NCBI GenBank assembly: GCA_037190965.1
Contig: JBBCKI010000071.1
Location: forward strand, 1-64,000
DNA: 64,000 nt
Reading direction: 5' to 3'
DNA from: Chthoniobacteraceae bacterium
Lineage (GTDB): Bacteria; Verrucomicrobiota; Verrucomicrobiia; Chthoniobacterales; Chthoniobacteraceae
Part shown: positions 1 to 9,290 of the stretch, one piece after another
Position numbering within the stretch: the stretch's first letter is position 1
Layout: each line of letters begins with the position of its first letter
Notes under the pieces: generated by a model
What the model saw: the letters and a program-made list of their open reading frames with translations, nothing else
What the model was told of the DNA's origin: nothing
The model's database searches: none
Position numbers and translations under genes: made by a program

Positions 1-129
1 GTATGCTCGATTCTGAAAAACTCCGACGCTCATATTTGCCCTACACGGCCTGTTTCGAAGGAGGGCAATGATTTATCATTCCCAAAAATCGAGCATTTTA
101 CGACGAAATTAGAGTTTTCACACAGTCTG
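1..129. mobile_element. Probable end of an insertion sequence (IS1182/IS5-like terminus) running off the left edge
   Basis: An AT-richer stretch ends in GAGTTTTCACACAGTCTG (reverse complement CAGACTGTGTGAAAACTC), which resembles IS1182-type termini from memory. It abuts the half-palindrome TCTGTTTGGGAATGCC of a REP arm. No transposase is visible. Confidence 0.4.
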
Positions 130-270
130 TCTGTTTGGGAATGCCCGTGTCTTCGAAACTCCAGTTTCGCAACGCTTTTTGTTCCGGCAGCATGCACGAG
201 ATGACAAGGCTTCGAATCAGAGATTCGGGGACAATGGCATTACCAATCTGGAGATTGGTAACGAGGAAAC
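130..270 (-). repeat. REP-doublet family C, copy 1
   Basis: Contains hairpins TTACCAATCTGGAGATTGGTAA, CGAATCAGAGATTCG and CGAAACTCCAGTTTCG. Its reverse complement aligns with 63896-64000. Confidence 0.85.
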
Positions 271-292
271 TGGAAAACGCGCCAATTAAGTT

Positions 293-838
293 TTATCCCG
301 CCCAATCGATATCCACCCGGCGTTTCTGCTGGAAGCGGTCGGTGTAAAGAAGGTGCTTCTGCTGGTGGCCGAACTCGTGCACCAGCTTGGTGACTTTTAC
401 GTCAAAGCAGCAGTACTCGGCGATTTCCAATAGCTTCCCCTCGCGCCACCACCGGATGGCGTCAAGACCGTCCCCCGTTTTGCCGACGCCGAGCGTAGCC
501 GTGGCCACGGCGTCGAGACCGAGCCGATGGCCGAGTTTTTTTTCCAGCTCCACGAGAAGGTCGAGCGTCGGGATCTGCGAGGGGAGGTCGAGAATCGTGT
601 ATCCCATGAGCACTTCGTAGTCGAAATTGATGACGTTGAAGCCGACGACGAGATCGGCCCGCATCAGCTCGTTGACGAGGTCGTTCACCTTGTCCTCAGA
701 GTAAATTTTGTAGGCGCACGCGGCGGTGGAATACGTCACGCCGATGGACATTCCCATGTCGCGCTTGCGGTCCCACCCCCCGGCGTCGTTGGCGGTGCGC
801 TGCGTTTCCAGGTCGAAATAGACGATATTGCGGGACAT
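293..838 (-). CDS. RNase H-like (DEDD) 3'-5' exonuclease domain protein, YprB/RNase_H_2-like
   Basis: Exonuclease motifs VYFDLET, GFNxxxFD, LDLL and YCxxDV. Confidence 0.75.
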   Translation of the reverse strand: MSRNIVYFDLETQRTANDAGGWDRKRDMGMSIGVTYSTAACAYKIYSEDKVNDLVNELMRADLVVGFNVINFDYEVLMGYTILDLPSQIPTLDLLVELEKKLGHRLGLDAVATATLGVGKTGDGLDAIRWWREGKLLEIAEYCCFDVKVTKLVHEFGHQQKHLLYTDRFQQKRRVDIDWAG

Positions 839-1010
839 TGCTTGAGAGTGCGGGCGTTGGGCGGGAACGCTATCATTGCCCGAGGGGGGGGAGTAAACCT
901 AAAAGCGGCAATGGATCGGGTGAGCTGGCGCAATCTGCTGGCCAGCTCATCCCCTCCCATCACCGTTTTTAGGCTTTGAACTTCGGCTGCCCGGTTGTAG
1001 GTAAAACGCC

Positions 1011-1787
1011 ATGAGCAATCGAGTTCTGGAAGGCAAAACCGGCGTCGTCTTCGGCGTCGCCAACAAGCGCAGCATTGCATGGGCCATCGCCAAGGCGTGG
1101 GCCGCTGCCGGCGCGAAGCTGATTTTCAATTACCAGGGGGAACGGTTGAAGGAGAACGTGGAGGAACTCGTCGCGGAGTTCGGCCCCGACACGCCGCTGT
1201 ACCCTTGCGATGTGACCCGCGATGAAGAGATCGCCACGTTCTTCGGCAAGGTGCGCGAGCACACCCCGACGCTCGATCTCATGCTGCACGCCGTCGCGTT
1301 TGCTCCCAAGGAAGCGCTGGAAGGCGAGTTCATCAATACCACCCGCGAGGCTTATCGCGTGGCGCACGACATCTCCGCCTATTCCCTGGTCGGTCTGGCG
1401 CGCGAGGCGGCTCCGTTGATGACCAACGGCGGCTCCATCGTCGCGATGAGCTACTATGGCGCGGAGAAAGTGGTGCCCCACTACAATGTGATGGGTGTCG
1501 CCAAGGCGAGCCTTGAAGCCACCACCCGCTATCTCGCTTATGATCTCGGCGCGAAGAAGATCCGTGTGAACTGTATCAGCGCCGGTCCGGTCCAGACCCT
1601 CGCGGCTCGCGGCATCTCGGGCTTCAGCAATATGCTCAAGCATTATCAGGAGCACGCCCCGCTCAAGCGGAGTTGTGACCCGGCGGAACTCGGCGCGACG
1701 GGCGTTTTTCTTGCCAGCGAGGGAGCGGCCTCGATCACCGGCCAGGTGCTCTACGTCGACGGCGGCTACCAGATTATGGGGATGTAA
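1011..1787 (+). CDS. fabI: Enoyl-ACP reductase
   Basis: GVANKRSIAWAIA, YNVMGVAKASLE, ISAGPVQTLAA. Confidence 0.97.
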   Translation: MSNRVLEGKTGVVFGVANKRSIAWAIAKAWAAAGAKLIFNYQGERLKENVEELVAEFGPDTPLYPCDVTRDEEIATFFGKVREHTPTLDLMLHAVAFAPKEALEGEFINTTREAYRVAHDISAYSLVGLAREAAPLMTNGGSIVAMSYYGAEKVVPHYNVMGVAKASLEATTRYLAYDLGAKKIRVNCISAGPVQTLAARGISGFSNMLKHYQEHAPLKRSCDPAELGATGVFLASEGAASITGQVLYVDGGYQIMGM

Positions 1788-1842
1788 GAATCCCCAACAC
1801 CCCGAGACAGCTTCTAACCCTCCGGGGGACGATGCACTTTTC

Positions 1843-2292
1843 ATGCAGCGTCTCCGGAGGGTTTTTTGTGGCGGATTGGGGGTGATCTTTATGCTTTGGG
1901 GGGCCGTCTCTTTTGGCCAGACCGTGATTCCCAACCGGCCTCTGCCCACGCCGCTCCCGTTGCTGGTGCCTCCCACCCCGGTTCCGCTCGTTTCTCCGGG
2001 GCCATCGGTGGCTCCCTCCCCGTCGATTACACCGATTCCATTGCTGACCCCGACGCCCACTCCCACGCCTGTGCCTTCGCCGAGGGCGACCCCCACGCCC
2101 CTTCCGACGGTGACGCCGGTTCCCCTTCTTTCGCCGACGCCCACTCCGGCTTCTCCGACCCCGGCTTCTCCGACACCGTTGCCGACAGCACCGTTTCCCT
2201 CGCCGTTGCCCACCGCTCCCCCTCCGTCGCCCACGGCGAGTCCAAGCGTGACCCCTACTCCGACCGCAACGCCTGCCCGAGGGGCCCGGTAG
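1843..2292 (+). CDS. Secreted Pro/Thr-rich low-complexity protein
   Basis: ATG at 1843 is followed by a signal-peptide-like hydrophobic stretch, then about 120 aa of PTP/PSP repeats with no folded domain. Confidence 0.6.
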   Translation: MQRLRRVFCGGLGVIFMLWGAVSFGQTVIPNRPLPTPLPLLVPPTPVPLVSPGPSVAPSPSITPIPLLTPTPTPTPVPSPRATPTPLPTVTPVPLLSPTPTPASPTPASPTPLPTAPFPSPLPTAPPPSPTASPSVTPTPTATPARGAR

Positions 2293-2296
2293 CATG

Positions 2297-2457
2297 CAGG
2301 TAGTCCGCTCTCGCCGAGAGCGCGGGACACGACGATGAGACGCGTTTGGGCGCACATTCCTGCTGGATGAACCGTTGCTTGCCGGGATCTGGGTAGGGAA
2401 GCCTCGGGAATCGATACCCGCGCTCGCGGCGCGAGCGGACTACCAGTGCTGCCGCAC
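2297..2457 (+). repeat. GTAG-type REP doublet (REPIN-like) family A, copy 1
   Basis: GGTAGTCCGCTCTCGCCGAGAGCGCGGG, about 90 bp spacer, CCCGCGCTCGCGGCGCGAGCGGACTACC, then tail GTGCTGCCGCAC. Confidence 0.9.
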
Positions 2458-2520
2458 AGTTCAAGCAGGAACACTTTGCACCGGGGGTTTCTCTGGAAAG
2501 TGTTGGCGTAATCGGGCAGG

Positions 2521-3246
2521 ATGGAGGCCATGACCGCGATCACCTTTGCGTTGCCGGAGGAGAGCCGGGATTTTGCCCACGCGTTGCGGCATTCGGGCGT
2601 CGCGGGGAATGATTCGTGCCGCGCGCTATTGGGGAACCTTGGATCTCACGAAGTGCTTCTGTTTCATACCGGCATGGGGGAGGCTCGTACCCGGGAGCGG
2701 ATGGCGCGTCTTTTGGAGGAGCACCCCGTCAAGCGGGTGATCAGCGCGGGGTACGCGGGCGGGCTTGATCCCGGGCTTTCCGCAGGGGCGCTTTTCTTCG
2801 CCAGGAATTATTCGACCCCTCAACTGCTGGCGCAGGCGGAGGCTATCCTGAAGGGGGCGGCGGTGCATACCGGCGTGCTGGCCACGACGATGGCGGTGCT
2901 GGAGACGCCGGAGGACAAGGCGCGGCTAGCCCGCGAAACGGGGGCGGACGGGGTTGATATGGAGACCGCCGCGATTGACGCCCTCTGTCGGGAGCGGGGA
3001 GTGCCGATGCTGTCGCTCCGGGTCATCTCGGATACCGCGCGGGAGGAACTCGCGGTGCCATTCTCCGTCTGTTTTGACGCTGCCACCGAGCGTCCGCGCC
3101 CTGCCGCGCTGATCGGGTTCCTGCTCCGCAATCCGTCGCGGGTGCGTGGGTTTTTCCATTTTGCCCTGAGGATGAGCCGCGTGCGCGGGGTTTTGACGGC
3201 AGCGCTCATCAGGCTGCTGGAGGCGCTGCCTGCGACAAATCATTAA
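2521..3246 (+). CDS. Nucleoside phosphorylase/nucleosidase family protein (HpnG/MTA-SAH nucleosidase-like)
   Basis: TGMG, SAGYAGGL, VDMETAA, LRVISD. Confidence 0.8.
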   Translation: MEAMTAITFALPEESRDFAHALRHSGVAGNDSCRALLGNLGSHEVLLFHTGMGEARTRERMARLLEEHPVKRVISAGYAGGLDPGLSAGALFFARNYSTPQLLAQAEAILKGAAVHTGVLATTMAVLETPEDKARLARETGADGVDMETAAIDALCRERGVPMLSLRVISDTAREELAVPFSVCFDAATERPRPAALIGFLLRNPSRVRGFFHFALRMSRVRGVLTAALIRLLEALPATNH

Positions 3247-3327
3247 CCCGAATTCTGAAGTTGCTCGCGACGATCTTGCGCAATCTCTTGGGCAATTCAT
3301 CCGCTCCAAAATCGGAGTTCGGGATTA
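3244..3327. repeat. Imperfect inverted repeat between convergent genes (MITE remnant or bidirectional terminator)
   Basis: TAACCCGAATTCTGA ... TCGGAGTTCGGGATTA; its ends coincide with both stop codons. Confidence 0.5.
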
Positions 3328-4233
3328 AAACTCTCCGCCGATCTGGACTCGGAGATACGGCGCGGGGTCGGCGATGTAGCTTTTGTTGGCGCGCCAATAA
3401 TCGAAGGTGCGATCCACGGCGAATCCGGCGGCTGCCGTGATTTCCCAATGTTTGGCAGGCGTATAGAGAAAGCCGAGCCCGGCGCGGACCTCGGTGTAAT
3501 CAATGGTGGTGCCATTCAGGCTGTTCACCTTGGGGTCGTTCGGGCGGTCGCGCCGGTCGACTTTGTAGGAACCGGCCAGTACCTCTCCGCCCGCCCAGAT
3601 GGAGAAAGAGTCCGACACCTGGTAGAGGAGTCTCGGGTTTGGCAGATACCCTTCGAGGCGGAGCTTGTCGTTGATGAGCCAGACAACGCCGAGGGTGGGA
3701 ATCGCCGGATAATGCCGTAGGAAAGAAACTCCGAGCCCCCAGACGCCGTAGAGCTTTTCCGTCACAATCGGGATGTAGCCGCCCAGTTCGATCGGGACAT
3801 CGAACGCCCCTCGCGTCACCTCGTGCTCGAAATAGAAGCCGGGCCGGATCTGGGCGAGAAAGCCGACATGGCCGTACATGATGTACGAAACCCCGACGGG
3901 GACATTGAAGGTCTGCAATGTGGACGGGACAAACGCGTTGGCCGAGCCGCCGAAATCAAAGCGATCATAGGCCGCGCCGGCCTGGAAATACCACTGGCCC
4001 CGGATCGGAATGCGCCGGATGGACTCGAAGCGATTGTGCAGGGCGCTTCCCCGGCCGATTTCCTTGTGCGTAAATTCCACCCCGCTGGAGAAGACGACGC
4101 TGGATTCAAGGGTGATGACATTGAGTGGCACCGGCTCATCGATTTTGGGCGAGGTGTCCGGCGGCGTCTTTGGGCCGGCGATGACCGAGGAGACAAGAAA
4201 GAAGCTGGCGAGGAAGACGCTGGGAGAGTTCAT
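3325..4233 (-). CDS. Outer-membrane beta-barrel protein (DUF6268-like)
   Basis: Signal peptide, alternating aromatic/hydrophobic beta strands and a C-terminal Phe (YLRVQIGGEF). Start taken at ATG 4233. Confidence 0.7.
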   Translation of the reverse strand: MNSPSVFLASFFLVSSVIAGPKTPPDTSPKIDEPVPLNVITLESSVVFSSGVEFTHKEIGRGSALHNRFESIRRIPIRGQWYFQAGAAYDRFDFGGSANAFVPSTLQTFNVPVGVSYIMYGHVGFLAQIRPGFYFEHEVTRGAFDVPIELGGYIPIVTEKLYGVWGLGVSFLRHYPAIPTLGVVWLINDKLRLEGYLPNPRLLYQVSDSFSIWAGGEVLAGSYKVDRRDRPNDPKVNSLNGTTIDYTEVRAGLGFLYTPAKHWEITAAAGFAVDRTFDYWRANKSYIADPAPYLRVQIGGEF

Positions 4234-4547
4234 GGGCTTGCGTGGAAAAGAGGGGAGTGGGTTTTCCAGACAGAAACGCATGCTTCGCCAATCCCGGTTT
4301 TCAAGAATCCAATGTTGGAAGGGAATTCAACAAGCGTTTAACGGAGGATGTTGAGGGCTGCGTGTTTATGCGTAGTTCTATTATTAGGATCTCTGCTTTG
4401 ATTTTAAATAAATAGGCTTATAAAGTTTAAATCATCTTTTGATTAAAAAATCACTTGCCCGGGTAAACCCGGTTTGTTATCGATGCCTATGCCTTAAGTA
4501 ATTAAGGTAATAACACATAAACGCATTCATAATAAATAAATAATTGT

Positions 4548-4982
4548 ATGCTCCAGAAATTGAATAAGAAGACCCGCCAGGGCTTCACCCTCGTAGAAAT
4601 CATGATTGTTGTGGCGATCATCGCGCTTCTCGCCGCGATCGCCGTTCCGAACTTCCTCCGCTCACGGAAGCGTTCGCAGGCTCTTGCCATTCTTGAAGAA
4701 GTCAAGCTGGTCGAAGGTGCCAAGCAGCAGTGGGCTGTTGAAGGAAATAAGAAAGGCGATGATACGCCTGACTTCGACACCGATCTCAAGCGCTTCCTGA
4801 AGGCCGGTTCCCGGCTCGCTGATTCAGGTGGGACTGATACGCTTAACAATGAGTTCACCCTTGGCAATGTGGATACGCCGGTGAAGGTCAGCGCCGATAC
4901 GATCGGCGAGTTCACCGTCGACAACGGGGTGTGGGGGTCTGAGGACGAAGAAACCAAATTCTGGGGCGAGCATAAGCCCTAA
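4548..4982 (+). CDS. Type IV pilin-like protein (prepilin N-terminal cleavage/methylation)
   Basis: Class III signal KKTRQG|FTLVEIMIVVAIIALLAAIAVPNF. Confidence 0.92.
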   Translation: MLQKLNKKTRQGFTLVEIMIVVAIIALLAAIAVPNFLRSRKRSQALAILEEVKLVEGAKQQWAVEGNKKGDDTPDFDTDLKRFLKAGSRLADSGGTDTLNNEFTLGNVDTPVKVSADTIGEFTVDNGVWGSEDEETKFWGEHKP

Positions 4983-5006
4983 GGCTTCCGCTTAGAATCT
5001 ACTTTC

Positions 5007-5046
5007 AACATCCAGTCGCTTCCAAGCGGCTGGATGTTTTCTTTTT
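5007..5046 (+). terminator. Rho-independent terminator after the pilin gene
   Basis: AACATCCAGTCGCT-TCCA-AGCGGCTGGATGTT followed by a T-run. Confidence 0.85.
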
Positions 5047-5128
5047 AAAGCTTCGCGTGGGAAAAGGATTCATAACAGGCGCACAAGGAGAACCCGAGAG
5101 ACGATTCAGGGTGAACTCTATCGACGCC

Positions 5129-5641
5129 ATGAAACATCTGCACGAAGGAATCAAATCAGCGGCTCCCGCCCTCAATCCCACCCTGAACGACCTCCCCGAA
5201 AAAACGCGAAAAAAGGTCGTCAAACTTCTCAATCAACACGTGGCGGACGGCCTTGATCTCCGCACCCAGGTCAAGCAGGCGCACTGGAACGAAAAAGGAC
5301 CGAACTTCATCGGCCTGCACAAGCTTTTCGACAGGGTGGCGTCGGCGGTGGATGAGTACGTGGACGAAATCGCGGAGCGGGCCGTGGAACTCGGCGGCAT
5401 CGCGCTTGGCACCGCCCGAGTGGCCGCCCGAGACTCGCGCCTCCCGGAGTATCCTCTGGACATCATTGCCTCGCGCGATCACGTCAAGGCGCTCTCCGCG
5501 GCGATTGCCAAATTCGGAAAGTATCTTCGTGAAAGCATTACCGAAACGGCGGAGATCGACGCCGATACCTCGGATCTATTGACGGATATTTCCCGGGGCA
5601 TCGACAAGTGGCTCTGGATGGTGGAAGCGCACAATCATTGA
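5129..5641 (+). CDS. dps: DNA starvation/stationary-phase protection protein Dps
   Basis: Ferroxidase motifs KQAHWN.KGPNFIGLHKLFD, DEIAER and DKWLWMVEAH. Confidence 0.95.
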   Translation: MKHLHEGIKSAAPALNPTLNDLPEKTRKKVVKLLNQHVADGLDLRTQVKQAHWNEKGPNFIGLHKLFDRVASAVDEYVDEIAERAVELGGIALGTARVAARDSRLPEYPLDIIASRDHVKALSAAIAKFGKYLRESITETAEIDADTSDLLTDISRGIDKWLWMVEAHNH

Positions 5642-5662
5642 TCCCGAACTTGGCTGGCCCGC

Positions 5663-5823
5663 CAAGGGTACGCTCGTGCCGCCGAGCGCGGAAGACGAGC
5701 AGGAGCCGCGTTTGAAGCCCGTCCCCGCAGGACGGGTTTCTGACTGCCGGGATGCAGCTTGAATGAAGCCACGAAGCCGATAACCGCGCCCGCGCGCGGG
5801 CGGACTACCGATGCCGCCGCGCC
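5663..5823 (+). repeat. REP doublet family A, copy 2 (degenerate)
   Basis: Same spacer motifs (GCGTTTG, TCCCCGCAGGACGGG, GAAGCC, CGATA) and right arm GGGCGGACTACC. Confidence 0.8.
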
Positions 5824-5901
5824 TTTGTTTTTCTTTCCGGTTTTCGCTTTTCCGGTCTTCTCTCACACACTCCCCGGCTCAGCGTCTTTCGATACGTCGT
5901 T

Positions 5902-6756
5902 ATGAATGCGCAACAGGAAGCGGCTGTCTCGGTTCTCCGTGATTTGATCCTGAATGCCCGCGATGGGCAGGAGGGGTTCCGAAAAGCTGCAGAATGCATC
6001 GTGGACGATCCGGAGCTCAAGATGCTCCTGTCGTCTTTGTCACTACAAAGAGCGAAATTTGCGGGAGAACTCGAAGCTCAGGCCATCGCGATGGGTGAGC
6101 CTCATCCCGATCAAGGCTCGTCGATTTCGGGGACGGCGCACCGCTGGTGGATGGGGCTCAAGGCTTCCCTGGCCAAGGGGGATAATCACACCATCCTCGC
6201 TGAATGCGAACGTGGGGAAGATTTGGCCAAGGAAGCCTATAACCACGCGGTCTTGGCGGAGGTTTCCGAGGGCCTTCCCGACCCGGTGCGGGAGATCATC
6301 AACCGTCAACGCCGCGAGGTCCTCGCCGCCCATAACACCATCCGCGCCCTGCGCGACGCGACGCCGAGCGCCGCGGCTCAATTGATGGCTGCCGCCAAAG
6401 TGAGAAGCGAGCAAGCGGCCAGGGAGGCTTCCCAGGCATGGGAGCAGACGAAGTCGAAAACCCGCGAGATCACCCGCTCCGCCGGAGGGTTTGTCCGCCG
6501 CAATCCCTTTGCGATTCTGGGCGGCGCGCTGCTGGCCGGGCTTGCCGTGGGATTGGTGTTTTACGCCTTCGAACTCCGCTCCGAACGTACCCGCCTGAGA
6601 ACCACCCCCCGTTTTAATCGTTTACTTGGGCGGATCAGCGGGCGGGCACAATCGAGAATCGAGAGGGCTCAGGACCGGCTGGCCGACTTGACGCCAAGCT
6701 CTCGCAGATCCCTTGGACGCCGCTTCAGGCGGGCCTTCCGGCAATTCATGGATTGA
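5902..6756 (+). CDS. PA2169/DUF2383 four-helix-bundle protein with a C-terminal ElaB/YqjD-like membrane anchor and basic tail
   Basis: LxDLI...DGQEGFRKAA, GTAHRWWMGLK, ILAECERGED; then VRRNPF plus a TM segment. Confidence 0.8.
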   Translation: MNAQQEAAVSVLRDLILNARDGQEGFRKAAECIVDDPELKMLLSSLSLQRAKFAGELEAQAIAMGEPHPDQGSSISGTAHRWWMGLKASLAKGDNHTILAECERGEDLAKEAYNHAVLAEVSEGLPDPVREIINRQRREVLAAHNTIRALRDATPSAAAQLMAAAKVRSEQAAREASQAWEQTKSKTREITRSAGGFVRRNPFAILGGALLAGLAVGLVFYAFELRSERTRLRTTPRFNRLLGRISGRAQSRIERAQDRLADLTPSSRRSLGRRFRRAFRQFMD

Positions 6757-6785
6757 CCTGAACGGTTCTGAAATCGGACGGCTGC

Positions 6786-7547
6786 TTACAGGGTCCCGGT
6801 CTTATCGGCCGGGGCCTGAGCGTCGAGAAACGGGGTTAACACTTCGCGCCAGACAACGTACCCTGCCTTACTCATATGCAGGCCGTCTTTTACGAAGAGA
6901 TCCTGCCGGGGAGTGCCGTTTTCATCAAGAAAGGCGAAAAATGTGTCGATGAAGGTGCAATACGGCGTGGCCTGGCAGAACTCGGCGATGAGTGAATTTG
7001 CCTCCTTGAGCGTCTTCATCCTCCCGGAGTGCGCCGGCGCCGGTGTGATGCCAATGAAGGCGATCGGCGTGCCGGGCAGGGCGGCGTGAACTTTTTGGAC
7101 AAAACCGCGATAGTCGGCCAGCAGCCGTTCCGGGCTATGCCCCATTGCGAGATCGTTGCTTCCCGCGTACATCACCACCAAGCGGGGCTGGTACGGAATG
7201 ACGACTCGATCCGCGTAGAAGGTGGAGTGTGCAATCGTCGAGCCGCTAAATCCACGGGAGATAACGGAGTGCCGGGGGAAATCCTTCGCCAGCGTTGTCC
7301 AGAGCTGAATGCTGGAGCTGCCGATGAAGAGGATGCTTCCTTTGCGTGGGGGATGTTTGGCGTCCTGCGCCAGAAAAGCCTCAATTTGTTTTCCAGACGG
7401 GGAAACTGCGGGCGACACCGCCGGGGCTGGCGGTGTTTGCGCGTGGGACGACGAAGGGTGGCATGACGCCAAGCCCATTGAGAGCAACAACATGCAGCGG
7501 GGAAAGAAACAACGGAGTATCTTTCTGGCAGGATCCAACATGCGCAT
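6786..7547 (-). CDS. SGNH/GDSL hydrolase, probable lipoprotein (start uncertain)
   Basis: LFIGSSS, RGFSGS, YAGSND, DGLH; lipobox-like LASC. Confidence 0.88.
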   Translation of the reverse strand: MRMLDPARKILRCFFPRCMLLLSMGLASCHPSSSHAQTPPAPAVSPAVSPSGKQIEAFLAQDAKHPPRKGSILFIGSSSIQLWTTLAKDFPRHSVISRGFSGSTIAHSTFYADRVVIPYQPRLVVMYAGSNDLAMGHSPERLLADYRGFVQKVHAALPGTPIAFIGITPAPAHSGRMKTLKEANSLIAEFCQATPYCTFIDTFFAFLDENGTPRQDLFVKDGLHMSKAGYVVWREVLTPFLDAQAPADKTGTL

Positions 7548-7661
7548 TGAAAAATCAAAAATAGCCTTGGGGATTCAATGAATTTATCGTGCATCGCACC
7601 AAAAAATTTTCCTCACATGCGTTGCAAGCGGCTCGTTGGAATGCTCTGATGAAGCGCGTTC

Positions 7662-8561
7662 ATGGCTGCCCCCGATCGCAAAGATCGTCTTGTCGAAGCG
7701 TTCCTCGATTCCCTTGAAACCGAGCGGAACCTGTCTGCCCGCACCATCATCAATTACCGGCACTCCCTCGCGCTCTTTCGCGCTCATGGAAACCCGCCGC
7801 CGTGGCGGGAGTGCACGCCGGATCATTTCCGCGCCTTTCTCTTTCACCTGATGAAAAGCGAACTGGCCCGCGCCTCCGTCCGGCTTCATTTCGCGGCGTT
7901 ACGGACGTTTTATAAATTCCTCAAGGAGCGGCACGGGCTTCAGGTAAGCCCCCTTGAGGAGGTGCTGTTGCCCAAGGCGGAGCGCAAACTTCCCGTGGTG
8001 TTGACGGCGGGGCAGATCGACGCGCTTCTCAATGCTCCTTTCAAAGCGGAGCCGACCAAACAAGCGCCGAAAGGGCTGCCCGCTCGCGACGCGGCCATTA
8101 TGGAGCTTTTTTACTCAGCAGGGCTTCGTCTTCAGGAGCTCGCGGGGTTGAATGTGGCGGATCTCGATCCTTACTCGGAATCAGTGCGGGTGCTTGGCAA
8201 AGGCCGCAAGGAACGTATCTGTCCGGTGGGCGGTCCGGCACTTACGGCGATTGCTCGTTACCGGGAGGAAGCCAACGTCCGCAGCGGGCCGCTGTTTCTC
8301 TCCAAGCTGCGCAAGCGCCTTTCCGTCCGCAACATCGCCGCGATGCTGGAAAAATACGTGCTTCTGGCGGAACTCCCCCGGGGGGTCACCCCGCACAAAC
8401 TGCGACACTCCTTCGCGACGCATCTGCTCGACAACGGGGCCGATCTACGGAGCGTCCAGTCATTGCTCGGCCATGCCAGTCTCTCCACGACGCAGATCTA
8501 TACCCATGTTTCCGTGGAGCGGATGAAGAAGGTTTACGACCAGGCGCATCCTCGCGCGTGA
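7662..8561 (+). CDS. xerC: Tyrosine recombinase XerC/XerD family
   Basis: R..HxxR..H..Y catalytic set (GLRLQE, HKLRHSFATHLL, LLGH, TQIYTH). Confidence 0.88.
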   Translation: MAAPDRKDRLVEAFLDSLETERNLSARTIINYRHSLALFRAHGNPPPWRECTPDHFRAFLFHLMKSELARASVRLHFAALRTFYKFLKERHGLQVSPLEEVLLPKAERKLPVVLTAGQIDALLNAPFKAEPTKQAPKGLPARDAAIMELFYSAGLRLQELAGLNVADLDPYSESVRVLGKGRKERICPVGGPALTAIARYREEANVRSGPLFLSKLRKRLSVRNIAAMLEKYVLLAELPRGVTPHKLRHSFATHLLDNGADLRSVQSLLGHASLSTTQIYTHVSVERMKKVYDQAHPRA

Positions 8562-8576
8562 TCTGAAGTAAGCAAG

Positions 8577-9176
8577 CTATCCGGGGGGCAGCGATTCGAT
8601 GAATGTCCGGATGCCTTGGAGAAACATCTCCACCGCGATGGCGGTGAGGATAAGGCCCATCAGTCGTTCCGCGGCGGTCATGACGCGGGGACCGACGAAG
8701 GAGGCTATCTTCCCCGCCGAGATCAGGATGAACGTGGAGAGAATCATCACGACCGTCAGTGCCGCCAGGCAGACCCAGAGGCGCGAGGGGTCGCCCGAAA
8801 CCAGCAGCAAAACGGTGGCGAGCGCCGAAGGCCCGGCCACGGTCGGGATTGCAAGAGGGAAAAGGAGCGGTTCCGAGTCCGAGGTAACCCCGAAGAGATG
8901 TTCGGAGGTCGGGAAGATCATTCGCAGCGCGATCAGAAAGAGAATAATGCCGCCCGCGATGCCCAGGGAGGTGGCTGAAAGGTGGAGCAATTGCAGGAAG
9001 ACTTTTCCCGCCAGCATGAAGAGCACGAGTACACCGAAGGCCAGGGCGCACTCCCGAAGGATCACCCTCCGTTGCCGTTCCTCGGGCACCTTCCGGAGCG
9101 CGTTGAGGAAAAGGGGGATGTTCCCGATGGGATCGAGCACGAAAAAGAGGAGAAACGTCATCGAGATGAACGTCAT
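8577..9176 (-). CDS. MarC family membrane protein
   Basis: DPIGNIP, IAGGIILF, PLAIPTVAGP, ERLMGLIL. Confidence 0.92.
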   Translation of the reverse strand: MTFISMTFLLFFVLDPIGNIPLFLNALRKVPEERQRRVILRECALAFGVLVLFMLAGKVFLQLLHLSATSLGIAGGIILFLIALRMIFPTSEHLFGVTSDSEPLLFPLAIPTVAGPSALATVLLLVSGDPSRLWVCLAALTVVMILSTFILISAGKIASFVGPRVMTAAERLMGLILTAIAVEMFLQGIRTFIESLPPG

Positions 9177-9238
9177 GCCTTTATCTTCGTGCCGGGTTCC
9201 CCTCGCGGGCACCCTTTTTTTTGAGATACGCTCCTTCT

Positions 9239-9290
9239 TAGAGCGTTTTTGAATTTCCTGTTGTAAACATTTAACCTCAAGAACGTTCTA
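9239..9290. repeat. Short TAGAGC..TCTA inverted-repeat element
   Basis: TAGAGCGTTTTTGA ... TCAAGAACGTTCTA, immediately before the recO ATG. Confidence 0.55.

Noticed and set aside
4548..4982. Electrically conductive e-pilin
   Set aside because: Few aromatic residues in the N-terminal helix (F1, F24, W50 only)
7662..8561. Tyrosine recombinase as a prophage or island integrase
   Set aside because: Xer-like size and motifs; no att site, tRNA or phage genes nearby
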